64,000 nucleotides of DNA from Macrostomum lignano. Taxonomy: Eukaryota. The position numbers and the translations under genes were made by a program. Position 1 is the stretch's first letter, and each line of letters begins with the position of its first letter. The notes beneath the pieces are model-generated. The model was given only the letters and a program-made list of their open reading frames with translations. It ran no database searches and was not told where the DNA came from. Of the stretch, positions 13,201-25,851 are shown in pieces. The DNA is taken from contig NIVC01002338.1 in the NCBI GenBank assembly GCA_002269645.1, forward strand, positions 63,967 through 127,966, written 5' to 3'.

Positions 13201-16200
13201 GAATTACACCCAGTTTGCTGATGTCTTTGAACTCGGTGTCCACCAGGTCCTGGGAATAGTTGGTGCAGTGGCTGACTGAGATTCTCTCTAATCAAGAGAT
13301 CCAGGATATTCCGCCCCATGAGATTCTCCATTAGACAGGATATTCCGCCCCATGAGATTCTCCATTACACAAGATATTCCACCGTATGAGATTCTCCATT
13401 AGACAGGATATTCCGCCCCATGAGATTCTCCATTAGACAGGATATTCCACCCTGAGATTCTCCATTGGACAGGATATTCCTCCCATGAGATTCTCGATTG
13501 GACAGGATATTCCGCCCCATGAGATTCTCCATTACACAAGATATTCCACCGTAAGAGATTCTCCATTGGACAGGATATTCCGCCACCATGAGATTCTCCA
13601 TTAGACAGGATATTCCGCCCCATGAGATTCTCCACTAGACAGGATATTCCGCCCCCATGAGATTCTCCATTAGACAGGATATTCCGCCCCCATGAGATTC
13701 TCTATTAGACAGGATATTTCATCCGCAACCCTTGAAATTCTCCATCAGACGCAAAATCTGGTCATCTGACTGACCTGAGTGTTAACCTCAGTCGCAGGCG
13801 AGCCCAGTGTATCCTCGAAATCTTCGTCTATGAAACCCTCCGGAGTGATGCGACCGCCTGCGGCGGCTGCGGCGGCGAAATTCTCGTCAGATTGATCGTC
13901 TGAGAAATCGGGAATAGAGATGGGAAATAGACTGGATAACTTATCTATGTGTAATTGACAGAAAGCATCTCAACTTCTTGTAATGTGAGACAAGATTGAG
14001 ATTAGATGAGGGAGATAATGAGTGAGAGATGAGGAAGGCAACAACTGAGAGTAGATGAGAAAGGAAAGACATGAGAGTAGATGAGGAAGGCGACAAGTGA
14101 GAATAGATGAAGAAGACAAGGCATAAGATTAGATGAGGGAGACACTGAGTGAGAGTAGATGAGAAAGGCAAGGCATGAGATTAGATGGCAGGGAGGCAGG
14201 GAGTGAGAGTAGATGAGAAAGGCAAGGCATGAGATTAGATGGCAGGGAGGCAGGGAGTGAGAGTAGATGTGGGCAGAATAGTTCAGTTTAATAAAATAGA
14301 ATGATACAAAAACGCTTGCAAATTTAGAAAGAAGTGATCTATACCTAACTTACTGAGATAACCAGATACGAGGCAAAAAATCGATTTAAATAAAAAATCA
14401 GTCATTTGCATTATAGAAAAATTCCTATACGATCTTAAGAAAACAATTAAAGCATGAAAACAAGAAAAAAATAATCTGAAAATCAAAAGATGTCTACTTT
14501 AGAATCAAGTTCCGTTCACGTTATTGCAACAGATTTGAGAGGACATTTAGATTTTTTATTAAATACTCCAGGTGCTTCTAGATCGTACTTACAGTAGCAC
14601 TAAGAGTTATTAGAGTGCGACTTTTTAGTGTGAAAGTTAGCAAATCAAGAAATTTTTTTGAATTACTTGCAATTTAAAAAAGAAAATTAATATATGTTTT
14701 ATGCTTTGATAATCATTCTTGATTGGTAATTGTGTGAACGTGCCTTTTAAAGAACAACTTTTAATTAGTATAATATTTAAATATAAATTTTTTATTTTAT
14801 ACCAATATTTTGACATTCCTCATCAGCTTCGGTTTCGCCCTATTCAATTGAACCTGAAAACAATTAAAATTATAATAATAAACTATTTTAATAAGCTTGT
14901 GAGCACCCTGGGGCATCGCCTTTGACGAAATCGTTCCACACACCATTGCTGCGGCAATTTCTGTCCATTCTGCTGACTCCTGAACGCATACAAGCTCGCC
15001 AATACTGTACACAGTCACGCAATCAAACACACGCTCACACAGGGTGTACATCGGCCCCTGACTTTCTAATCGTCAAGCATGTACACTCTGTGAGAATTGG
15101 GAGCTGGCCTTCATGGCTGTGAATTTATATCTCCAGCATTTCATGTATCCGACACTTCATATCTTCGACACTCCATATCTTCGACACTTCATATCTCCGA
15201 CACTTCATATCTCCGACACCTCATATCTCTGACACTCCATATCTCCGACACTTCATATCTCCGACACTCCATATCTCCGACACTTCATATCTCTGACACT
15301 CCATATCTCCGACACTTCATATCTCCGACACTCCATATCTTTGACACTCCATTGTCTTCATATCTCCGACACCCCATATCTCCGACACTTCATATCTCCG
15401 ACACTCCATATCTTTGACACTTCATATCTCCAACACTTCATATCTCCGACACCCCATATCTCCGACACTTCATATCTCTGACACTCCATATCTCCGACAC
15501 TTCATATCTCCGACACTCCATATCTCCGACACTTCATATCTCTGACACTCCATATCTCCGACACTTCATTTCTCTGACACTCCATATCTTTGACACTCCA
15601 TTGTCTTCATATCTCCGACACCCCATATCTCCGACACTTCATATCTCCGACACTCCATATCTTTGACACTTCATATCTCCAACACTTCATATCTCCAACA
15701 CTTCATATCTCCGACACCCCATATCTCCGACACTTCATATCTCGGACACTTCATATCTCCGACACTTTATATCTCCGACACTCCATATCTTTGACACTCC
15801 ATATCTCCGACACTTCATATCTCCGACACTCCATATCTTTGACACTTCATATCTCCGACACTTCATATCTCCGACACCCCATATCTCCGACAATTCATAT
15901 CTCAAACACTCCATATCTCCGACACTTCATTTCTCCGACACCCCATATCTCCGACACTTCATATCTCCGACACCCCATATCTCCGACACTTCATATCTTT
16001 GACACTTCATATCTCCGACACTTCATATCTGCGACACTCCATATCTTTGACACTTCATATCTCCAACACTTCATATCTCCGACACTCCATATCTCCGACA
16101 CTTCATATCTCCGACACTTCATATCTCCGACACTTCATATCTCCGACACCCCATATCTCCGACACTCCATATCTTTGACACTTCATATCTCCGACACTCC

Positions 16201-19200
16201 ATATCTCCGACACTCCGTGTCTCCGACACTTCATATCTCCGACACTTCATATCTTTGACACTTCATATCTCCGACACTTCATATCTTTGACACTTCATAT
16301 CTCCAACACTTCATATCTCCGAAACTCCATATCTTTGACACTTCATATCTCCAACACTTCATATCTCCGACACTCCATATCTCCGACACTTCATATCTTT
16401 GACACTTCATATCTCCAACACTTCATATCTTTGACACTTTATATCTCCGACACTTCATATCTCAGACAATCCATATCTTTGACACTTCATATCTCCAACA
16501 CTTCATATCTCCGACACCCCATATCTTTAAAACTCCATATCTTTGACACTTCATATCTCCAACACTTCATATCTCCGACACTCCATATCTTTGACACTTC
16601 ATATCTCCGACACTCCATATCTCCGACACTCCATATCTTTGACACTCCGTGTCTCCGACACTTCATATCTCCGACACTTAATATCTCCGACACTCCATAT
16701 CTTTGACACTTCATTTCTCCGACACTTCATATCTCCGACACTCCATATATCCGACACTCCATATCTTTGACACTTCATATCTTTGACACTCCATATCTCC
16801 GACACTTCATATCTTTGACACTCCATATCTTTGACACTTCATATCTCCGACACTCCATATCTTTGTCACTTCATATCTCCGACACTCCATATCTCAAACA
16901 CGTCATATCTCCGACACTTCATATCTCCGACACCCCATATCTCCGACACTTCATATCTCCGACACTTCATATCTCCGACACTCTATATCTTTGACACTTC
17001 ATATCTCCAACACTTCATATCTCCGACACCCCATATCTCCGACACTTCATATCTCTGACACTGCATATCTCCGACACTTCATATCTCCGACACTCCATAT
17101 CTCCGACACTTCATATCTCTGACACTCCATATCTCCGACACTTCATATCTCTGACACTCCATATCTTTGACACTCCATTGTCTTCATATCTCCGACACCC
17201 CATATCTCCGACACTTCATATCTCCGACACTCCATATCTTTGACACTTCATATCTCCAACACTTCATATCTCCAACACTTCATATCTCCGACACCCCATA
17301 TCTCCGACACTTCATATCTCGGACACTTCATATCTCCGACACCCCTTATCTTTAAAACTCCATATCTTTGACACTTCATATCTCCAACACTTCATATCTC
17401 CGACACTCCATATCTTTGACACTTCATATCTCCGACACTCCATATCTCCGACACTCCATATCTTTGACACTCCGTGTCTCCGACACTTCATATCTCCGAC
17501 ACTTAATATCTCCGACACTCCATATCTTTGACACTTCATATCTCCGACACTTCATATCTCCGACACTTCATATCTTTGACACTCCATATCTCCGACACTT
17601 CATATCTTTGACACTCCATATCTTTGACACTTCATATCTCCGACACTCCATATCTTTGACACTTCATATCTCCGACACTCCATATCTCAAACACGTCATA
17701 TCTCCGACACTTCATATCTCCGACACCCCATATCTCCGACACTTCATATCTTCGACACTTCATATCTCCGACACTCCATATCTTTGACACTTCATATCTT
17801 TGACACTCCATATCTCCGACACTTCATATCTTTGACACTCCATATCTTTGACACTTCATATCTCCGACACTCCATATCTTTGACACTTTATATCTCCGAC
17901 ACTTCATATCTCAGACACTCCATATCTTTGACACTCCATATCTTTGACACTTCATATCTCCGACACTCCATATCTTTGACACTTTATATCTCCGACACTT
18001 CATATCTCAGACACTCCATATCTTTGACACTTCATATCTCCAACACTTCATATCTCCGACACTTCATATCTCCGACACTCCATATCTCCGACACTCCATA
18101 TCTTTGACACTTCATATCTTTGACACTCCATATCTCCGACACTTCATATCTTTGACACTCCATATCTTTGCCACTTCATATCTCCAACACTTCATATCTC
18201 CGACACTCCATATCTCCGACACTTCATATCTCCGACACTTCATATCTTTGACACTTCATATCTCCGACACTCCATATCTTTGACACTTCATATCTCCGAC
18301 ACTCCATATCTCCGACACTCCATATCTTTGACACTCCGTGTCTCCGACACTTCATATCTCCGACACTTCATATCTCCGACACTCCATATCTTTGACACTT
18401 CATATCTCCGACACTTCATATCTCCGACACTTCATATCTCCGACACTTCATATCTCCGACACTTCATATCTCCGACACCCCATATCTCCGACACTTCATA
18501 TCTCCGACACCCCATATCTCCGACACTTCATATCTCCGACACTTCATATCTCCGACACCCCATATCTCCGACACTCCGTATCTCTGACACTCCATATCTC
18601 CGACACTCCATATCTCTGACATTCCATATCTCTGACACTCCATATCTCCGACACTCCATATCTCCGACACTTCATATCTCCGACACTTCATATCTCCGAC
18701 ACTCCATATCTTTGACACTTCATATCTCCAACACTTCATATCTCCGACACTCCATATCTCCGACACTTCATATCTCCAACACTTCATATCTCCGACACTC
18801 CATATCTCCGACACTTCATATCTCCGACACTTCATATCTCCGACACCCTATATCTCCGACACCCTATATCTCCGACACTCCATATCTTTGACACTTCATA
18901 TCTCCGACACTTCATATCTTTGACACTTCATATCTCCGACACTCCATATCTTTGACACTTCATATCTCCAACACTTCATATCTCCGAAACTCCATATCTT
19001 TGACACTTCATATCTCCAACACTTCATATCTCCGACACTCCATATCTCCGACACTTCATATCTCCGACACTTCATATCTCCGACACCCCATATCTTTGAC
19101 ACTCCATATCTTTGACACTTCATATCTCCAACACTTCATATCTCCGACACTCCATATCTTTGACACTTCATATCTCCGACACTCCATATCTCCGACACTC

Positions 19201-22200
19201 CATATCTTTGACACTCCGTGTCTCCGACACTCCATATCTTTGACACTTCATATCTCCAACACTTCATATCTCCGAAACTCCATATCTTTGACACTTCATA
19301 TCTCCAACACTTCATATCTCCGACACTCCATATCTCCGACACTTCATATCTCCGACACTTTATATCTCCGACACCCCATATCTTTGACACTCCATATCTC
19401 CGACACTTAATATCTCCGACACTCCATATCTTTGACACTTCATATCTCCGACACTTCATATCTCCGACACTCCATATCTCCGACACTCCATATCTTTGAC
19501 ACTTCATATCTTTGACACTCCATATCTCCGACACTTCATATCTTTGACACTCCATATCTTTGACACTTCAAATCTCCGACACTCCATATCTTTGACACTT
19601 CATATCTCCGACACTCCATATCTCAAACACGTCATATCTCCGACACTTCATATCTCCGACACCCCATATCTCCGACACTTCATATCTCCGACACTTCATA
19701 TCTCCGACACTCCATATCTTTGACACTCCATATCTCCGACACTTCATATCTCCGACACTCCATATCTTTGACACTTTATATCTCCGACACTTCATATCTC
19801 AGACACTCCATATCTTTGACACTTCATATCTCCGACACCCCATATCTCCGACACTTCATATCTCCGACACTCCATATCTCCGACACTCCATATCGTTGAC
19901 ACTTCATATCTTTGACACTCCATATCTCCGACACTTCATATCTTTGACACTCCATATCTTTGACACTTCATATCTCCAACACTTCATATCTCCGACACTC
20001 CATATCTCCGACACTTCATATCTCCGACACTTCATATCTCCGACACTTCATATCTTTGACACTTCATATCTCCGACACTCCATATCTTTGACACTTCATA
20101 TCTCCGACACTCCATATCTCCGACACTCCATATCTTTGACACTCCGTGTCTCCGACACTTCATATCTTTGACACTTCATATCTCCGACACTCCATATCTT
20201 TGACACTTCATATCTCCGACACTTCATATCTTTGACACTTCATATTTCCGACACTTCATATCTTTGACACTTCATATCTCCGACACTTCATATCTCCGAC
20301 ACCCCATATCTCCGACACTTCATATCTCCGACACTCCATATCTCCGACACTTCATACCTCCGACACCCCATATCTCCGACACATCATATCTCCGACACCC
20401 CATATCTCCGACACTTCATATCTCCGACACCCCATATCTCCGACACTTCATATCTCCGACACCCCATATCTCCGACACTCCATATCTCCGACACTTCATA
20501 TCTCCGACACCCCATATCTCCGACACTTCGTATCTCCGACACTCCATATCTCCGACACTTCATATCTCCGACACCCCATATCTCCGACACTTCATATCTC
20601 CGACACTTCATATCTCCGACACTTCATATCTCCGACACCCCATATCTCCGACACTCCGTATCTCTGACACTCCATATCTCCGACACTCCATATCTCTGAC
20701 ATTCCATATCTCTGACACTCCATATCTCCGACACTCCATATCTCCGACACTTCATATCTCCGACACTTCATATCTCCGACACTCCATATCTTTGACACTT
20801 CATATCTCCAACACTTCATATCTCCGACACTCCATATCTCCGACACTTCATATCTCCGACACTTCATATCTCCGACACCCTATATCTCCGACACCCTATA
20901 TCTCCGACACTCCATATCTTTGACACTTCATATCTCCGACACTCCATATCTCCGACACTCCGTGTCTCCGACACTCCGTGTCTCCGACACTTCATATCTC
21001 CGACACTTCATATCTTTGACACTTCATATCTCCGACACTCCATATCTTTGACACTTCATATCTCCAACACTTCATATCTCCGAAACTCCATATCTTTGAC
21101 ACTTCATATCTCCAACACTTCATATCTCCGACACTCCATATCTCCGACACTTCATATCTCCGACACTTCATATCTCCGACACCCCATATCTTTGACACTC
21201 CATATCTTTGACACTTCATATCTCCAACACTTCATATCTCCGACACTCCATATCTTTGACACTTCATATCTCCGACACTCCATATCTCCGACACTCCATA
21301 TCTTTGACACTCCGTGTCTCCGACACTTCATATCTCCGACACCCCATATCTCCGACACTTCATATCTCCGACACTTCATATCTCCGACACCCCATATCTC
21401 CGACACTCCGTATCTCTGACACTCCATATCTCCGACACTCCATATCTCTGACATTCCATATCTCCGACACTCCATTTCTCTGACACTTCATATCTCCGCC
21501 ACTCTATACGACACTTCATATCTCCGACACTTCATATCTCCGAAACTCCATATCTTTGACACTTCATATCTCCAACACTTCATATCTCCGACACTCCATA
21601 TCTCCGACACTTCATATCTCCGACACCCCATATCTTTGACACTCCATATCTTTGACACTTCATATCTCCAACACTTCATATCTCCGACACTCCATATCTT
21701 TGACACTTCATATCTCCGACACTCCATATCTCCGACACTCCATATCTCCGACACTCCGTGTCTCCGACACTCCGTGTCTCCGACACTTCATATCTTTGAC
21801 ACTTCATATCTCCGACACTTCATATCTCCGACACCCCATATCTCCGACACTTCATATCTCCGACACTCCATATCTCCGACACTTCATACCTCCGACACCC
21901 CATATCTCCGACACTTCATATCTCCGACACCCCATATCTCCGACACTTCATATCTCCGACACTTCATATCTCCGACACCCCATATCTCCGACACTCCGTA
22001 TCTCTGACACTCCATATCTCCGACACCCCATATCTCTGACATTCCATATCTTCGACACTCCATTTCTCTGACACTTCATATCTCCGCCACTCTATACGAC
22101 ACTTCATATCTTCGACACATCATATCTCCGACACTCCATATCTCCGACACTCCATTTCTCTGACACTTCATATCTCCGACACTCCATATCTCCGACACTT

Positions 22201-25200
22201 CATATCTCCGACACTCCATATCTCCGACACTTCATATCTCCGACACCCCATATCTCCGACACTTCATATCTCCGACACTTCATATCTCCGACACCCCATA
22301 TCTCCGACACTCCGTATCTCTGACACTCCATATCTCCGACACTCCATATCTCTGACATTCCATATCTCCGACACTCCATTTCTCTGACACTTCATATCTC
22401 CGCCACTCTATACGACACTTCATATCTCCGACACATCGTATCTCCGACACTCCATATCTCCGACACTCCATTTCTCTGACACTTCATATCTCCGACACTT
22501 CATATCTCCGACACTTCATATCTCCGACACCCCATATCTCCGACACTTCATATCTCCGACACCCCATATCTCCGACACTTCATATCTCCGACACTTCATA
22601 TCTCCGACACCCCATATCTCCGACACTCCGTATCTCTGACACTCCATATCTCCGACACTCCATATCTCTGACATTCCATATCTCCGACACTCCATTTCTC
22701 TGACACTTCATATCTCCGACACTCCATATCTCCGACACTCCATTTCTCTGACACTTCATATCTCCGACACTTCATATCTTTGACACTTCATATCTCCGAC
22801 ACTCCATATCTTTGACACTACATATCTCCGACATCCCATATCTTCGACACTTCATATCTCCATACTTCATATCTCCGACAAGCTCAATCTCAACCATAAC
22901 AGAGATCTGAAGTTTCTGATATGAAAGTTCGTAGATATGAAACCCCACAAAGGGGCCCTAAAGCGGCCCTAACTTTATCATAGGCGCGAATTGAACAATG
23001 AACGAACCCAATATTTCTACCGCAAACAACAAAAAAAGTAATTTGAACCGGCACTAGTGAGCTAGGATGCATGTACTGTAATAGCATCGGCAGTGGCAGC
23101 TTGTGAATCATAAAATAGTCACGCGGTGAGTTTGCATAAGTAATAAATAATAAGTGGAACAGATAAGTAAACAGCAATACTATATACGGTCAAATAGCTT
23201 CGGATGTAAGCTATAAAAAACAGACGCATGCGACGCAGCGGGTGCAGTTAATTGAACAAATTGTTTTTTGCTCCAAAAAATAAACCATAGACCATTATAG
23301 TATAGTAGACATTAATTAAGCCAGCTTGTCAAGTGTGAATGTGGTGCATAACTATAATTTTAACCTTACGATTGTGTGGGTCCGTTGCTGGACTTACCGT
23401 CATAGTACTCGAAAATATCGTAAGCTATATTTAACGGGGTTGTTGCGGAAAATTACACACATTTTCCATACTGAATATGGCAACTACTACAGGAACAGGA
23501 ATTATAAATATATAGAACAGAAAATCAACAAAAAAGACGCACGCAATATAATAGCATAGTCAGCCACTCATTTCAAGACAGTTATTTTGCATGCAATTAG
23601 TATATTTAACTATTGATGAAATTAAAATAATTCTATTGAACTATACTTGCCAACACATAGGCTTACCAGTAGTACCGGTTTTGCTAAATGCCTTAGCTGC
23701 TGAAAGCGCGTATGTTCTCAAATTACTGATAGTAGTCTATACGAATATGAAGGAAGATTTTGAGTAAAATGACGAAAAACTTTGTTTCTTAGAAAATATA
23801 TTTCTAAAAACTGGCTTTACGCAAAAATGTACAACTACGAAATACAAAAGAAAATACAAAGTTGTATAGCAATAATCATTGGCGCTGTTTCACTGGCTGT
23901 TCAGCTACAAATCTAACTACTCTTCGCCCAGGCCCTAGTTGAGGGACAGCCTGGCAGACGAAGTTTCCCTAACGTTTGTTACTCGGCAAGGGCTTCGAGT
24001 AAGTTCAGTAGGAAATTTAAATTTACCCAAGAAGTCCAATCCTTCCTTACCGAAGCCTACAAACTAAAACACACACCAAAACCACTCGTGATCAGTGCCC
24101 CAAACAGTTGAGCTTTTCTCGTTACCGCTTCTGAGTTTTAACTCTCGATCCTTACTGCTCTCTCATTGGCTGAGCTAGATTGGGCCTGTCCCATATGGTG
24201 AGTTTCGTCCGTCTGACTTTGACCTCTCTCCTTACTGCTCTCTCATTGGCTGAGCTAGATTGGGCCTGTCCCATATGGTGAGTTTCGTCCGTCTGACTTT
24301 GACCTCTCTCCTTACTGCTCTCTCATTGGCTGAGCCAGATCAGGCCTGCCACCTATGATGAGTTTCGTCCGTCTGACTTAGGCTTTTCTCCCTACTGCTC
24401 TCTCATTGGCTGAGCTAGATTGGGCTTGCTCCTAGACTGAGTTTTATCCATCTATCTAATAAGTGTTTACTTGTGTACATCGAGTTAGATTTTTACTGTC
24501 CATTCTTAACCCCATTATTCTCCTGAGGCCGCAAACCTCAAGGAAGGAAAGGAAATTTTAGCTTCCATGTAAAACTTTAAGCGACACTGCGCAGACAAGC
24601 TACTGAAAAAAGAATAGACGTTTCAGTTTTTTACAACTAAAGTGTGAAATAATTGCTTATTTAAATGTTTTGTGCCAAGGATAGAAGTTTTTTACTTTTG
24701 TCGAAGCAATAAAAGTTAATTTTTTTCTAAGAAACGAAAGTTTCCGGTTAGCTACTTAGAAGTTGTCCTTCGAAAGCATGAGCTATTATAACAAGGTAAA
24801 ATCGTTATTTTGACAAACTTACCTTCATTCTCGGTCAGTTCCAGACCTGACTCATCAAACTCCAGCTCAGGCTCGGCAAAATCATGGTCAACATCGATGA
24901 TTGCGCTGCCGCTGGCTTCTAATTGCTGAGACTGCTGCTGCTCATGCTCCGCTGTTGCTGTCTCGGACTCTGAGAGGTTTATTTTTTGTTAAGATTGTCT
25001 ATCTTAGACTGCTCATTACATCTAGAGATTTCGAAGATATAATGTCAACTGGACCTAAATATTTTGATAGACTGTTAACCACATCAGAACCTTTGGATAA
25101 ACTGTCCATCGCATCTAGATATTTCAAAAGACTGTCCACTAAATCTAGATATTTCAAAAGACTGTCCACTAAATCTAGATATTTCGATAGACTGTCCACT

Positions 25201-25851
25201 ATATCTAGATATTTCGATAGACTGTCCACTAAATCTAGATATTTCGATAGACTGTTCACTAAATCTAGATATTTCAAAAGACTGTCCACTAAATCTAGAT
25301 ATTTCGATAGACTGTCCGCTAAATCTAGATATTTTGATGATAGATTGTCCACTAAATCTAGATATTTTGATACTGTCCACTATATCTAGATATTTCGATA
25401 GACTGTCCACTATATCTAGATATTTCGATAGACTGTCCCCTAAATCTATATATTTCGATAGACTGTCCACTATATCTAGATATTTCGATAGACTGTCCAC
25501 TAAATCTAGATATTTCGATAGACTGTCCACTAAATCTAGATATTTCAAAAGACTGTCCACTAAATCTAGATATTTCGATAGACTGTCCACTATATCTAGA
25601 TATTTCGATAGACTGTCCACTAAATCTAGATATTTCGATAGACTGTCCGCTAAATCTAGATATTTTGATGATAGATTGTCCACTAAATCTAGATATTTTG
25701 ATACTGTCCACAAAATCTAGATATTTCGATAGACTGTCCATCACATCTAGATACTCTGATTAAAACCCTGTTGCATTCCAGATATAATATTTGAATCGAT
25801 TGTTCACCAGTATTTAAATTTTATTTAGCCAGATTACTCACGATTTGACAT
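4463..25851 (-). CDS. ARHGAP1: Rho GTPase-activating protein 1/8-like (BCH/CRAL-TRIO + RhoGAP), 9 coding exons, ~484 aa
   Basis: Exons 25842-25851, 24823-24969, 13775-13899, 12885-13249, 12544-12645, 8057-8206, 6512-6663, 5631-5866, 4463-4630; all GT-AG with consistent phases, 1455 nt total. Motifs: [20 protein letters not shown] (BCH), [18 protein letters not shown] (Arg finger), [32 protein letters not shown]. Confidence 0.9.
4780..5510 (+). repeat. 31-bp G-rich minisatellite (gaggggtgagattacagaggggttgagatca), degenerate at the left end
   Basis: Period 31 from ~5031 to 5505; lies in ARHGAP1 intron 8. Confidence 0.95.
5631..5866 (-). CDS. ARHGAP1: ARHGAP1-like exon 8
   Basis: tacag acceptor, gtgagg donor; [35 protein letters not shown]...VHFLSE. 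Confidence 0.92.
5948..6251. mobile_element. MITE with long imperfect TIRs and 8-bp TSD (hAT/P-type), 304 bp
   Basis: Ends caaggacta.../...tagtccttg; long inverted match (actacgtttcttagaaaatgttaaggaggc...ctacggagataggaa); exact TSD tgtcaggc at 5940-5947 and 6252-6259. Confidence 0.85.
6512..6663 (-). CDS. ARHGAP1: ARHGAP1-like exon 7
   Basis: cccag acceptor, gtgag donor; [50 protein letters not shown]. Confidence 0.92.
6991..8050 (+). repeat. Compound (GACA)n/(CA)n microsatellite, ~1.06 kb
   Basis: Direct reading; abuts the exon 6 donor (8051-8056). Confidence 0.98.
8057..8206 (-). CDS. ARHGAP1: ARHGAP1-like exon 6
   Basis: cacag acceptor, gtgagt donor; YDDSLRSG...[13 protein letters not shown]. 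Confidence 0.9.
8498..10711 (+). repeat. 21-bp minisatellite (gaattgaggacaatggctaca), ~105 copies
   Basis: Period 21; variant pattern duplicated at a 672-bp (32-unit) offset (ctgagg variant at 9341 and 10013, each followed by a run of ctaccg units). Confidence 0.98.
11637..12102 (+). repeat. 28-bp minisatellite (cctcccagatcctcagttgctgggccag) with interspersed variant units
   Basis: Direct reading; ARHGAP1 intron 5. Confidence 0.9.
12544..12645 (-). CDS. ARHGAP1: ARHGAP1-like exon 5
   Basis: ctcag acceptor, gtgagt donor; [33 protein letters not shown]. Confidence 0.92.
12723..12853 (+). repeat. 23-bp minisatellite (gagattctacaagactcaggact)
   Basis: ~5-6 copies in ARHGAP1 intron 4. Confidence 0.9.
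12885..13249 (-). CDS. ARHGAP1: ARHGAP1-like exon 4 (BCH/CRAL-TRIO domain)
   Basis: cccag acceptor, gtgag donor; [28 protein letters not shown]...[14 protein letters not shown]...FRPLL. Confidence 0.93.
13277..13745 (+). repeat. 34-bp minisatellite (gagattctccattagacaggatattccgccccat)
   Basis: Fills most of ARHGAP1 intron 3. Confidence 0.93.
13775..13899 (-). CDS. ARHGAP1: ARHGAP1-like exon 3
   Basis: tttctcag acceptor, gtcagt donor; [41 protein letters not shown]; phases 1/0 fit neighbours. Confidence 0.82.
14020..14270 (+). repeat. Purine-rich ~54-bp tandem repeat
   Basis: gagagtagatgagaaaggcaaggcatgagattagatggcagggaggcagggagt at 14151 and 14205, with degenerate copies upstream. Confidence 0.8.
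15120..22880 (+). repeat. 16-bp satellite (atatctccgacacttc), ~7.8 kb, ~485 copies, with higher-order block duplications
   Basis: Period 16; rare variants recur in blocks (ttgtcttcat variant at ~15350/15600/17180; ccgaaactcc block at ~16320/18985/21080). Confidence 0.98.
23748..24772. mobile_element. Old ~1-kb TIR element related to the 5948 MITE
   Basis: Left gaaggaagattttgagtaaaatgacgaaaaactttgtttcttagaaaa aligns with the reverse complement of 24722-24772; both resemble the 5948-6251 TIR; no TSD recognisable. Confidence 0.45.
24150..24430 (+). repeat. 80-bp tandem repeat, ~3.5 copies, each with attggctgag (CCAAT box on minus strand)
   Basis: c(t/c)tactgctctctcattggctgag at 24151, 24231, 24311, 24391. 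Confidence 0.92.
24823..24969 (-). CDS. ARHGAP1: ARHGAP1-like exon 2
   Basis: ctctcag acceptor, gtaag donor; [12 protein letters not shown]...[22 protein letters not shown]; phase 1/1. Confidence 0.75.
25020..25750 (+). repeat. 30-bp minisatellite (tctagatatttcgatagactgtccactaaa)
   Basis: Core 25110-25750, degenerate toward the left; putative ARHGAP1 intron 1. Confidence 0.93.
25842..25851 (-). CDS. ARHGAP1: ARHGAP1-like putative first coding exon (10 nt, MSN+C)
   Basis: ATGTCAAATC followed by a gtgagt donor; phase 1 joins exon 2 as M-S-N-Q-S-E-T. Confidence 0.6.

Noticed and set aside
15097-22471. Dozens of ORFs in the 16-bp satellite
   Set aside because: Repeat artefacts bounded by variant-derived start and stop codons.
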